Below are positions 1 to 9,157 of a stretch of 64,000 nucleotides of DNA, piece after piece. Made by a program: the position numbers and the translations under genes. The notes under the pieces are model-generated. The model had not been told where the DNA came from, ran no database searches, and saw only the letters and a program-made list of their open reading frames with translations. The stretch comes from an uncultured Methanosarcinales archaeon (lineage in GTDB: Archaea > Nanobdellota > Nanobdellia > Woesearchaeales > ARS49), in the NCBI GenBank assembly GCA_964637115.1, contig CAZWVL010000008.1:1-64000 (forward strand), written 5' to 3'. Position 1 is the first letter of the stretch. Each line of letters begins with the position of its first letter.

Positions 1-131
1 GAAACGTTCTTTTCATACAGAAAGAAAGATTCATGCCCTTTAAATTCGCTACGCGCACTTGTCCAGTGAAGAAACTGTAAATTTATATCGTCAATAAAAA
101 CCCGTAAACTTTCCGAAATGTCCAGTGAGAA

Positions 132-317
132 TTACTTTCGCTTTCTCGTATTCTTCCAGGCATAACCGCGCATCTTTGGACCTTTGCCATAGCCACAGCT
201 GGAACAGATAGATTTCTTGGCGTGATAGCTACATCTGCCGCAGCGCCTGCACGGAATATGCGATTTTCCGCGAGAACGCTTTCCCTGAGAACCTGTACCG
301 CCGTAACCTTTGCTCAT
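132..317 (-). CDS. rpl37e: 50S ribosomal protein L37e
   Basis: Basic 61-aa protein with CRRCG...CSSCGYG zinc knuckle; directly downstream of Lsm as in the conserved archaeal pair. Confidence 0.95.
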   Translation of the reverse strand: MSKGYGGTGSQGKRSRGKSHIPCRRCGRCSYHAKKSICSSCGYGKGPKMRGYAWKNTRKRK

Positions 318-327
318 AGTATCACTA

Positions 328-549
328 TTATGCCGGACTGATCAAGACTATCGTGTCACCGCGAATAAAAGCAGTGCCAAGCTTACGCTTGACTTCGCCT
401 TCAACACGCTCTTCTGTCTCATCAAGAACCACGTTAATATGAATGTCAAACGCTCTAAGAGTGCCAACGTACTGTTTGTTGTTCTTGCACTCAACAATAA
501 CTTTCTTATCGCGAGCGCGATTCAATGCATCTAATGGTCTTGCTTCCAT
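328..549 (-). CDS. lsm: Sm-like (Lsm) RNA-binding protein
   Basis: RPLDAL...GTLRAFDIHINVVLDE...FIRGDTIVLISP Sm1/Sm2 motifs. Confidence 0.95.
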   Translation of the reverse strand: MEARPLDALNRARDKKVIVECKNNKQYVGTLRAFDIHINVVLDETEERVEGEVKRKLGTAFIRGDTIVLISPA

Positions 550-611
550 GATTTGACACCCCGTCAGTTAATAATTCAAAAATCCATTAGGGGGATATTT
601 AAATCTTTTGC

Positions 612-1877
612 TTAGAACCCGAATGATTTCTGCCTTTTCTTATAGTGCTTGTAACCATAGTAGGCTGCGAATGGAAGCAAAATAATGATTATAAGGTAAA
701 CATACCAAGGAATGCCCCCTCTTTCTTCTGAAGAAACTGCTGTTGCATTTTGCTGTACAACCGGCTCTTCAGGCTTTTCCTCCACTTTGGGCTCGGACTT
801 TTCCTTATCACACGCATCGCCAACACCATTATTATTGCTGTCAAGTTGGTCCTCATTGATGACCGCAGCACAATTGTCAGAAAAATCAAACACGTCATCA
901 CCATCAATATCTTCTTCCTTCGCGTAACGGATGATAAAGTCATCATCATTTCCATTATTGTTCAAGTCTCCAACATCTTTTTCTGAAGAAACAAACGCGA
1001 CCTTATTCTCAAACAAGGAAGGAGACATTCCTTTAACATTTAATTTCGCCAAGCCCGCATTCTCAAGCGAGAACCCATACAAATCCCCATCCCTTTCAAA
1101 AAGAATAACGTCATCAAACAACACAGGAGAACCGCCTTTCTGCTTTAAGCTAGCTCCCTTGTGCTCAACAGCATCAAAAACAACAATCTCGCCATCCGAT
1201 GAAAAAACGGCCTTGCCAGTCTTTGTAAGCAACGGCTTGTCGGCGGCAAAAGGAGTATTAGCAACTTTTCTTGACTCCTTGTCCATAACACGCAGGACAG
1301 AATCAGACTGATCGCCATCACCATTCAAATCAGTCTCAACCTGTTTTTCATCCGTAACAAAGATTAATGCACGCTGGTTAATCGCAGGATAATCGCCCAC
1401 TGCCTTCAGGTTGACTGTCTCGTTCTTGTCGAGATCAAACTGGCGGACGATATCATCAATCATATCGCCATCATTTGAAAAATCAATGCCAAGCTCTGCT
1501 TCATTAGTTGAAAAAACAATAAATTTAGACCAGATGTAAGGATTATGGCCAATTGCAGATGTGCTGACAACATTGCCATCTTTTACGTTAGCAAGTTGAA
1601 TTACTGTATCGTCATTGTCTCCATCGCCGTTCAAGTCCTTGTCTGTTTCCCTTGTTTCAAATGCAGCAATGAAAGCAAACAAGGAAGGATTCTTGCCGCG
1701 CGAAAGTTCTCTTTCTTCATGTTTTGGAATATCGTAAACGTAGATAACACTAGCACGCTCGTACACAATATTATCACCATAGAACACTGGATTTTCACCA
1801 GCACGACCCGTACTCTCGACAAGCAGAGCAGATGCAAGCGGAATTGTCAGCAAGAGTGCTATAACCCACAGGCGCAT
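612..1877 (-). CDS. Secreted, C-terminally anchored protein with repeated DxNxDGD-type Ca-binding loops and a thrombospondin type-3-like repeat
   Basis: Signal peptide; four D(L/F)x(G/N)(D/N)G(D/N)xxD loops; DNCAAVINEDQLDSNNNGVGDACD; C-terminal TM plus basic tail. Confidence 0.7.
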   Translation of the reverse strand: MRLWVIALLLTIPLASALLVESTGRAGENPVFYGDNIVYERASVIYVYDIPKHEERELSRGKNPSLFAFIAAFETRETDKDLNGDGDNDDTVIQLANVKDGNVVSTSAIGHNPYIWSKFIVFSTNEAELGIDFSNDGDMIDDIVRQFDLDKNETVNLKAVGDYPAINQRALIFVTDEKQVETDLNGDGDQSDSVLRVMDKESRKVANTPFAADKPLLTKTGKAVFSSDGEIVVFDAVEHKGASLKQKGGSPVLFDDVILFERDGDLYGFSLENAGLAKLNVKGMSPSLFENKVAFVSSEKDVGDLNNNGNDDDFIIRYAKEEDIDGDDVFDFSDNCAAVINEDQLDSNNNGVGDACDKEKSEPKVEEKPEEPVVQQNATAVSSEERGGIPWYVYLIIIILLPFAAYYGYKHYKKRQKSFGF

Positions 1878-1954
1878 AATGAGTGATGAAAAATATGGTA
1901 ATATAAAGGTTGCGACACGAAACCTTTTTAAACCACCCCTTTAGAACTCTAATC

Positions 1955-2335
1955 ATGGTCATCGTACAACGAGGAAGAACCAACAGAAAGCCAACAGGGG
2001 GCATGTACAGCATAGCCCGAGGCAAAAGAAAATACGAAATGGGCAGGTTGCCAGTTCACACAAAAATAGGCAAGCAAAACGTCAAAGTCATAAAGACAAA
2101 AGGTGACAGCAGAAAAATGAAAGTTCTAGTAGCACAAGTAGCAAATGTTCTCGACCCAAAAACAAAAAAGTTTGTCAAGGCAGCAATAAAGACAGTTGAC
2201 GACTGCCCGGCAAACAGGCACTTCGTCAGACGAAACATAATTGTAAAAGGCGCAGTCATAACGACTGAAGCAGGCAAGGCAAAAGTAACCTCCAGACCAG
2301 GACAGGATGGAACGGTTAATGCAGTGCTGATTTAA
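1955..2335 (+). CDS. rps8e: 30S ribosomal protein S8e
   Basis: RKPTGG...RRNIIVKGAVITTEAGKAKVTSRPGQDGTVNAVLI; start set at ATG 1955 (track ORF begins 1910). Confidence 0.95.
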   Translation: MVIVQRGRTNRKPTGGMYSIARGKRKYEMGRLPVHTKIGKQNVKVIKTKGDSRKMKVLVAQVANVLDPKTKKFVKAAIKTVDDCPANRHFVRRNIIVKGAVITTEAGKAKVTSRPGQDGTVNAVLI

Positions 2336-2340
2336 TTCTT
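2305..2340 (+). repeat. Direct repeat copy 1: 3' end of rps8e (36 bp)
   Basis: GGATGGAACGGTTAATGCAGTGCTGATTTAATTCTT matches 4646-4681 at 35/36; AACAAGAAGGCGA also repeated at 2363-2375 and 4707-4719. Confidence 0.9.
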
Positions 2341-2475
2341 TGAGACAATAAATATTAGTTAAAACAAGAAGGCGAACTTTCCTGCTATGATAAGACCACG
2401 TATAAAACCAACATAACTATCCTTGCATAGAAAGGTTTATTAGTTTTGCGCGCACGTGGCCAGCAGGGGGAATGC

Positions 2476-4638
2476 ATGGACGAAGTCGCTCAAGAAGAAG
2501 CTCTGTTGCAGTGGTTTTATCCGGATCGCCTGTTACACTTACACCAGCGCGAAGAAGCTCTGAACGTCACTATCTTGGAAGGCATGCGGACTGGCGTGTA
2601 CAAGTACACCCGTGACCCAGAGAACACCAGCTACACCAAGCTTTCATCGCACAAGGTAACTCTTGAATCAATGATAGACGACCTATGCACGGCACGACTC
2701 GTCTTTTTTGGCAAGCACATAGAAGATGCCGGTGCTGTTAAATCAGAGCAAGATATTCTCAAGGCGCTTGTACCTTCTTTAGTTAACAAGTCAATCATAC
2801 CTGCGCTGCCAAGCGGCAATCATTCCACAATGGGCGGAATGGACGGACTGACGATTGAAGATACACTCAATGATGCCCGCCTCAAGCCGGAAGTAGATGC
2901 ATATCTTAGAGAAACAATCAGGATTCTCAATCCAGTTATCTGCGACACTGTTTTCTTCCCAGACAATAAATGCGTCATAGGCAACGAAGGTTCAAAACCA
3001 CTGTTGGAAATGTTTCAAAACAAAGGCTGGGTGTACCCAATTGAACGCGCACGCCAGATGGCAGAAAACCTGCGCGATTTCTTCGGCCAACTCACCGCGC
3101 GGGACGCGATATACTTCTTTGGCAGCAACCTGTGGACGATCAACCAACTCGGCTACAACTTCATGAACATGCTAAAAATATTGGATGACGTTCCTATACG
3201 CATGGTCAGCCAAGACCCATTCCGCATAGCGCTCACAAACCGCGACCGCGCAGTAGAGCCTGGCATCTATCGAATCGTGCACGGACAGTTTGACGAATAC
3301 GTGATCGTAAACGGGCCACATCATCCAGTAAGCGTAACTGCGGCAGAGCCTGCACGCGATGAAATAAGCGTGCTCGAAGACGCGCTCAATAGAGGCTTGT
3401 CTTTAGAAGAACTTGACCGCAACAAACCATCAACACGTGCGAAAGGCCTGTATGAAAAAATACTGAAAATAGTAAATGATTCGAAAATTGCTGTAGACAC
3501 GGCACAACGCGATGCCAGGCAACACTTGCTCGCCAGCGCACCAACTGAGGACACGGTAGCATTGATGACAGCATTTGTACGCGGAAAATCAGAAACAGTA
3601 CAACGCGCAGCCGAATGGTACAACAACTTGGAGCGGGGCGGGTTGCTCGAAGCGGTTCTAAAATCAGCCAATTACGAAATCGTTCCATGGGAACAGACAA
3701 GCGCATACAAAGAACTGCACTCTCAACTCGAAACAGCAGAGGCAGTGCTAAAAGCCAACGAACCTCTGCTCCGCACCGCTGCAGCAAAGCTTGTACAAGG
3801 AATTGTTGACGAAGCAAAAGAAGCAAAAGAAAGCTATGAGAAAGCACTCAGGTTACATAGAGAAAACACAACCTATGCACAAAAAATCAAGAGCCGCGGA
3901 ATACAAACAATCCCAATCTACATACACAGCGATGGAAAAACAATATACGTGGAAACACCATTCAAGAGCACAGAAGGCGTTCCGCAAGGAATATTGCAGC
4001 GCAAAATTGAACAATTTTTAAAAAGCGCTTCAACGCAACATCTCGGTCTCCTGCAAGGGTCAACAAGCGAAGGCCTGCATTGCTTGATAGCCCAGAAAGA
4101 CACAAGCCATGAACTCTATGCTTTCGCACAAACTATAGTAAGAGATCAATGCAACGAGCAATGGTTCAAACTAGGCTACCAACTCGATGTGCTCTCCGGA
4201 CCAAGCTCCATCGCACAGCAAATGCAACTCACTCATGAACACCTGGCAATGGGCACGTCCCTTGAAGACATGCTAGATGGAAAGTATGACTTGAATATAC
4301 GACCGCGGCTTGAAGGCCTGGCAGCGCAGGCAGGCATAAAACTGCCAACAAGAGAAGAAATCGTCCAAATCTACAAAGCAGGCAAACTATATGAAACAAG
4401 CGCAGGCCTCTTCGCCATAACACTCATTGAACTAGCCGGAGGCCAAGAAAGCACTGTCGCTCCTCTTGCACGACAGATAGCCGCAAAATACAAACTTGAA
4501 GAACGATCCGTCTATGGCTTCCTTCGAATTGCAGCAATAGAGCAGAGGTTCCCAACTGCAATTTCAATCCGCACAGAAGACAGCACCCACTTCCTCAAAC
4601 TCAACCCTGACTACATACAGTCAAGAAAAACTCGTTAA
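2476..4638 (+). CDS. Large hypothetical protein (720 aa), partly coiled-coil
   Basis: Long ORF; ATG 2476 after a G-rich RBS-like stretch; no family motif recognised. Confidence 0.75.
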   Translation: MDEVAQEEALLQWFYPDRLLHLHQREEALNVTILEGMRTGVYKYTRDPENTSYTKLSSHKVTLESMIDDLCTARLVFFGKHIEDAGAVKSEQDILKALVPSLVNKSIIPALPSGNHSTMGGMDGLTIEDTLNDARLKPEVDAYLRETIRILNPVICDTVFFPDNKCVIGNEGSKPLLEMFQNKGWVYPIERARQMAENLRDFFGQLTARDAIYFFGSNLWTINQLGYNFMNMLKILDDVPIRMVSQDPFRIALTNRDRAVEPGIYRIVHGQFDEYVIVNGPHHPVSVTAAEPARDEISVLEDALNRGLSLEELDRNKPSTRAKGLYEKILKIVNDSKIAVDTAQRDARQHLLASAPTEDTVALMTAFVRGKSETVQRAAEWYNNLERGGLLEAVLKSANYEIVPWEQTSAYKELHSQLETAEAVLKANEPLLRTAAAKLVQGIVDEAKEAKESYEKALRLHRENTTYAQKIKSRGIQTIPIYIHSDGKTIYVETPFKSTEGVPQGILQRKIEQFLKSASTQHLGLLQGSTSEGLHCLIAQKDTSHELYAFAQTIVRDQCNEQWFKLGYQLDVLSGPSSIAQQMQLTHEHLAMGTSLEDMLDGKYDLNIRPRLEGLAAQAGIKLPTREEIVQIYKAGKLYETSAGLFAITLIELAGGQESTVAPLARQIAAKYKLEERSVYGFLRIAAIEQRFPTAISIRTEDSTHFLKLNPDYIQSRKTR

Positions 4639-4645
4639 TTTCCAG

Positions 4646-4681
4646 GGATGGAACGGTTAATGCAGTGATGATTTAATTCTT
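4646..4681 (+). repeat. Direct repeat copy 2: duplicated rps8e 3' end
   Basis: GGATGGAACGGTTAATGCAGTGATGATTTAATTCTT, one mismatch to 2305-2340. Confidence 0.9.
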
Positions 4682-4755
4682 GATAGAATAGCCGTGGTTA
4701 AAAAATAACAAGAAGGCGAGATTATTTATGTGATTCTGCTTTATCGGTCTTAAAG

Positions 4756-5091
4756 ATGGACGACAAAGAAAGGTTTATTCGACAGCGCATCAAAGAAGCG
4801 CAAGTGCCCGATATACTAGGAGACAGAATCAAATATTATCGTACCCAGCTAGGCTACACTCAAAGTCAACTTGCTGGAATGATTGGCGTAGGAAGGTCAT
4901 ACATATCATCCGTAGAGAAAAACTATAAAGAAATGAAACTCAAACACGCCGTTGCTCTCGCGCGTGCACTACAAACTTCTCTCGATGCGCTCGTAGAAGG
5001 AACACACCTTACTAAAAACCTTGAACACCTTGATTTGTCACCCGTCATCATTGATGACGATGAAAAAGACGAAGACCCGGCAAGTCGATGA
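4756..5091 (+). CDS. XRE/Cro-C1 family helix-turn-helix regulator
   Basis: RIKYYRTQLGYTQSQLAGMIGVGRSYISSVEK...LARALQTSLDAL. Confidence 0.88.
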   Translation: MDDKERFIRQRIKEAQVPDILGDRIKYYRTQLGYTQSQLAGMIGVGRSYISSVEKNYKEMKLKHAVALARALQTSLDALVEGTHLTKNLEHLDLSPVIIDDDEKDEDPASR

Positions 5092-5207
5092 ATTATTTTC
5101 ATCAGTTACCTCTTTTATCGTCTCAATTTCAAAAACTGTTTCACTGTCAAGTGGCTCAAACATAGTGAAAAATTATTGAGCAGAATATAGGTTCTTGTTT
5201 GATAATG

Positions 5208-5266
5208 TTTATATATGAATTCAATATGTAGTAAGTTGCTCCGACGGAGACCACAAGATGTTGTGG
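5208..5266 (+). promoter_or_regulatory. TATA box plus tandem NrdR boxes upstream of nrdR-nrdJ
   Basis: TTTATATA at 5208-5215; ATTCAATATGTAGTAA at 5219-5234 and CCACAAGATGTTGTGG at 5251-5266 fit the acaCwAtATaTwGtgt consensus and start 32 bp apart. Confidence 0.75.
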
Positions 5267-5273
5267 TTTTCGT

Positions 5274-5326
5274 CGCGGAAGAGTGAACTTCCGCGAGCGT
5301 GCTCGGAAATCCGTGATTTCCGACAC
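5274..5326 (+). repeat. Two hairpins; the second is a bulged-C palindrome family member
   Basis: CGCGGAAG/CTTCCGCG stem (5274-5295); GTG-C-TCGGAAATC cgt GATTTCCGA-CAC (5299-5326). Confidence 0.75.
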
Positions 5327-5368
5327 TTTACTTGTGAGTGAATTGCGATAAAAAAAGGTGAATGCTGC

Positions 5369-5845
5369 GTGAAGTGTCCGTTTTGCCAAAATACTGATAA
5401 CAAAGTCCTTGATAGCAGGTTAACACCCGATTCTGACAGCATTCGAAGAAGAAGAGAATGCATCCAATGCTCAAAAAGATTCACCACATACGAACGCGTA
5501 GAGATGTTTGACATCAGCGTGGTAAAGAGAGACGGCAGAAGAGAGCCATTCTCACGCGAAAAAGTTCTGAAAGGAGTATTAAGAGCGTGCGAAAAACGGC
5601 CGGTCAAAAGAGAACAAATGGAAGCAGTAGTAGGAATGATTGAAGCAGCACTAAGACAATCAGACAAGGACGAGATCAAAAGCAACAAGATAGGAGAGCT
5701 AGTAATGATGGAACTTGCAAAGCTGGACGACGTTGCATATGTACGCTTTGCAAGCGTATACAAGAAATTCAAAGACGCAAACCAATTTGTTGACGCGATC
5801 AAAACACTCAAGAAACACGAGAAGTTACTGGAGGCAGAGCCATGA
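5369..5845 (+). CDS. nrdR: Transcriptional repressor NrdR
   Basis: KCPFC...VLDSR...IRRRREC..C.KRFTTYER zinc ribbon, ATP cone (VVKRDGRREPFSREK), LDDVAYVRFASVY. Confidence 0.97.
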   Translation: MKCPFCQNTDNKVLDSRLTPDSDSIRRRRECIQCSKRFTTYERVEMFDISVVKRDGRREPFSREKVLKGVLRACEKRPVKREQMEAVVGMIEAALRQSDKDEIKSNKIGELVMMELAKLDDVAYVRFASVYKKFKDANQFVDAIKTLKKHEKLLEAEP

Positions 5846-8397
5846 CAACCATGAATAACACAAGCGGCGAATTAAGACAGGAATGGGACAAACCACCATT
5901 CGGAAACATCCCGCTCACAGAAAACCAAAGAAAAGTCATAAAAGACAAGTACTTGCGAGACGACCCAAGCGTAGAAACCTGGCTATGGGGCATAGCCAAA
6001 AACATCGCTCTTGCAGAACTACTCTACCACCCAGACGTTCCAAGAGACCAGCTATTTGCAAACGTACGCTACAGCCAAGAATTGATAGATGTAGGAAATG
6101 GCGAAACAAGCGAACTACTATTGATTCACGTTGGAGCCAAGAACTACGGCGACCAAGAACAAAACCACAGAAAATACATACAAAACCTGTACAAGCTTGT
6201 TGAAAATAACACACGCGCACAAGAGACTGTTTTGAAACTAGCAACACAATACTATGACATGCTGGCAAACTTCGACTTCCTGCCAAATAGTCCAACATTA
6301 ATGAACGCAGGAAGAGAATTACAACAACTGTCAGCCTGCTACGTTCTTCCAATAGAAGATAGCATAGAAGGCTGGGGAGACTTGGTAAAGCAGACGATGC
6401 TTATTCATAAGTCAGGAGGAGGCACGGGATTCTCAGGATGCAGAGTCAGACCAAAAGGAGACAGAGTCAAAAGCACCAAAGGAGTTGCTTCAGGAGCATT
6501 ATCACCATTCAGCATAATCAACTACGCAACACAAGAAGTCAAACAAGGAGGAACAAGAAGAGGAGCAAACATGGGAATACTGCCATACTGGCACCCAGAC
6601 GTGTTTGATTTCATCAAGCACAAAGCAGAAGACGGCAAACTTGAGAATTTCAATGTTTCAGTCGCTGTAGACAAAAAATTCATGGAAGCAGTAAAAGAAG
6701 GCAAAGACTTTGACTTATTGAATCCCAGAACCAAAGAACCTGTAGGAAAAGCAAACGCGCGCGACACGTTCAACATGATATGCGATTACGCCTGGAAAAC
6801 AGGAGACCCAGGAATGATATGGCTAGACAACATCAACAACAGCTGTTCGAATCCAACACCAAAGTTAGGAGAGGTTGAGAGCACAAACCCGTGCGGCGAA
6901 CAACCACTATTGCCGTACGAGCCGTGCAACTTGGGAAGCATCAACTTGAGCAAGTTTGTAGTCATGGGCAAAATAGACTATGCACGCCTTGGAGAAGTCG
7001 TAAAGCTGGCAACACGCTTCCTAGACGACGTCATTGACGTAAACAATTATCCAATCCCAGAAATAGAGAAGATTGCGAAAGGCAACCGCCGAATAGGCCT
7101 TGGCGTCATGGGCTGGGCAGAAATGCTATCGCTATTGAACATCCCATACGACAGCTCAGAAGCAATAGCAAAAGGCGAAGAAATAATGAAGTTCATCAAC
7201 GGCAAGTCCTTGGAAGCAAGCGAAGAAATGGCGATTGAAAGAGGAGTTTTCTCAAATTTCAAAGACAGCATCTATGATGCGAATGGACCATTCTTCCGCG
7301 ATTATGCAAAAGGAAGACCTAGAAACTGCGCAAGAACAACAATAGCGCCGACAGGAACTATTGCGATTTGCGCCGGGTTACAAGGAGGAGGAATCGAGCC
7401 ATTCTTTGGCATTGCGTACACAAGATACAACGCCAAAGCACTCGATGCGTTAAAACTGGGCAAGGAACCGAATGATGGAGACGTGTTCCACGAAGTAAAC
7501 CCAATATTCATGACTGTGGCAAAGAACAACAACTATTTTGGATTAAGACCAGAAGAACTCTGGAAGAAAATAGAAGCAAGCCATAACTCAGTCAGAGGCA
7601 TTAAAGAAATTCCTGAACAAATACAAAAAGCCTTTGGAAGCGCACACGACGTTGCAGTTGAGTATCACGTAAAACACCAATCTGCATTCCAAAAACACAC
7701 TGACAACGGGGTCAGCAAGACGATTAACCTGCCAAACAGCGCAACAGTGGAAGATATCAAGAAAACATACATGATGGCATGGGAAATGGATTGCAAAGGA
7801 ATTACAGTTTACAGAGACGGCTGCAAAAGCCAACAAGTGCTGAACATTTCAAAGAAAGAACAGCCGAAAGAAATGCCAAAAGTAGACCCGACAGAAGGAA
7901 TCGGCTCAGTATACTACCAATTTGAAACCGGCTATGGACCAATACACGTGCACATCGACCACCACAACGGAAAAATACTGAAAGTGTTTACGAACATCGC
8001 ACCCATTGGAACGGAGATTGCAGGATTAACATCAATAATGGGTATTTTGATTAGCAAATACCTTGAAATGGGCGGAGATGTAAACTCGCTCAGACGGCAT
8101 TTGAACAGCATCAAAAGCGACAAGCCGTTCGGCTTTGGACCAAAAAGAGTTGAAAGCATTCCACACGCAGTTTCCACAGCGCTGAGCAAGTTTTTATCGC
8201 AAATAGGCAACCTGCCAGGACAACAATTGCTAACGCCGCACGTTGGTGCAACTCCTGAAATTAAAGTCCAGAAAGCAGACCAGCCGCAAGAACACAAGCC
8301 AGGACACTGTCCAAAGTGCTATTCGCCAAATATTGCTTACTTAAGCGGCTGCTCAGGACCAACCTGCTATGAATGCGGGTTTAGTGAATGCAGCTAA
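5842..8397 (+). CDS. nrdJ: Class II (adenosylcobalamin-dependent) ribonucleotide reductase
   Basis: PNSPTLMNAG, QLSACYV, GGTRRGANM, TNPCGEQPL, CNLGSINL, TIAPTGT, C-terminal CPKC...CYECG; no nrdB partner nearby. Confidence 0.93.
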   Translation: MTTMNNTSGELRQEWDKPPFGNIPLTENQRKVIKDKYLRDDPSVETWLWGIAKNIALAELLYHPDVPRDQLFANVRYSQELIDVGNGETSELLLIHVGAKNYGDQEQNHRKYIQNLYKLVENNTRAQETVLKLATQYYDMLANFDFLPNSPTLMNAGRELQQLSACYVLPIEDSIEGWGDLVKQTMLIHKSGGGTGFSGCRVRPKGDRVKSTKGVASGALSPFSIINYATQEVKQGGTRRGANMGILPYWHPDVFDFIKHKAEDGKLENFNVSVAVDKKFMEAVKEGKDFDLLNPRTKEPVGKANARDTFNMICDYAWKTGDPGMIWLDNINNSCSNPTPKLGEVESTNPCGEQPLLPYEPCNLGSINLSKFVVMGKIDYARLGEVVKLATRFLDDVIDVNNYPIPEIEKIAKGNRRIGLGVMGWAEMLSLLNIPYDSSEAIAKGEEIMKFINGKSLEASEEMAIERGVFSNFKDSIYDANGPFFRDYAKGRPRNCARTTIAPTGTIAICAGLQGGGIEPFFGIAYTRYNAKALDALKLGKEPNDGDVFHEVNPIFMTVAKNNNYFGLRPEELWKKIEASHNSVRGIKEIPEQIQKAFGSAHDVAVEYHVKHQSAFQKHTDNGVSKTINLPNSATVEDIKKTYMMAWEMDCKGITVYRDGCKSQQVLNISKKEQPKEMPKVDPTEGIGSVYYQFETGYGPIHVHIDHHNGKILKVFTNIAPIGTEIAGLTSIMGILISKYLEMGGDVNSLRRHLNSIKSDKPFGFGPKRVESIPHAVSTALSKFLSQIGNLPGQQLLTPHVGATPEIKVQKADQPQEHKPGHCPKCYSPNIAYLSGCSGPTCYECGFSECS

Positions 8398-8411
8398 ATT
8401 TTATTTTTTTA

Positions 8412-8474
8412 TTAGAATGCGTCGTCTCCATCGCCTGAGTCATCATCGCCCACATCGTCATCAAACTCATCCAT
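8412..8474 (-). CDS. Putative 20-aa acidic microprotein MDEFDDDVGDDDSGDGDDAF
   Basis: GGAGGTG RBS 6 nt upstream of ATG; TTTATATA-like box further upstream on the same strand; below ORF-track cutoff. Confidence 0.55.
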   Translation of the reverse strand: MDEFDDDVGDDDSGDGDDAF

Positions 8475-8635
8475 CTGAAGCACCTCCTTTTCAGACAGTT
8501 AATGCTTTTTTAATATATAAAACTTCGCAGCAATAAAGGCTTCGCCAAAGACACTCCTCACGATGCCCTCCTTACTCCGTAATGTCGGGCTCGTTCGTCG
8601 GAAACTATAAAAAGAACATTACACAACCCAACAGC

Positions 8636-9157
8636 ATGTCCATCGTCACAAAAGGAGGAGATAAAGGGGAAACTTCATTACTTGGCGGGCAAAGAGTTTC
8701 GAAAACAGACCCGCGCATAGAAGCGTATGGGGATGTGGATGAATTGAATGCCTCGATTGGAGTTGCGTTAACGTATGTAAAGGACGGCAATGCGAAAGAC
8801 ATTCTTCATCAGGTGCTCAACGACTTATTCAGAATCGGCGCAGAACTTGCAGCAATGGGAACAAAATTCACAAATTTCCCGAAAATTTCTTCATCGCATA
8901 CAAATGTTATCGAAGAAGAAGTTTACAGAATTGAAAGCGAACTGCCCAAGCAGACATCATTCATTCTCCCGGCAGGAAACGAAAGCGCAACCCATTTGCA
9001 TTTAGCACGTGCAGTTTGCAGAAGAGCAGAGAGACGAGTTCTCGCACTTAAAGAAGTCAATCCGGAAATTGTAAAATATTTGAACAGACTCAGCGACTTG
9101 CTGTTCATCTACGCACGGCTTGAGAATAAGAAAGATGAACCGGTAAAATATGACTAA
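8636..9157 (+). CDS. pduO: ATP:cob(I)alamin adenosyltransferase, PduO type
   Basis: IVTKGGDKGETSL, RIEAYGDVDELNA, LHLARAVCRRAERR, YLNRLSDLLF. Confidence 0.93.
   Translation: MSIVTKGGDKGETSLLGGQRVSKTDPRIEAYGDVDELNASIGVALTYVKDGNAKDILHQVLNDLFRIGAELAAMGTKFTNFPKISSSHTNVIEEEVYRIESELPKQTSFILPAGNESATHLHLARAVCRRAERRVLALKEVNPEIVKYLNRLSDLLFIYARLENKKDEPVKYD

Noticed and set aside
8535-8605. CTTCG/CTCGTTCG-rich stretch before pduO as another repeat element or cobalamin riboswitch
   Set aside because: Too short and lacking the B12-box core; only weak pairing and no second copy in the window.
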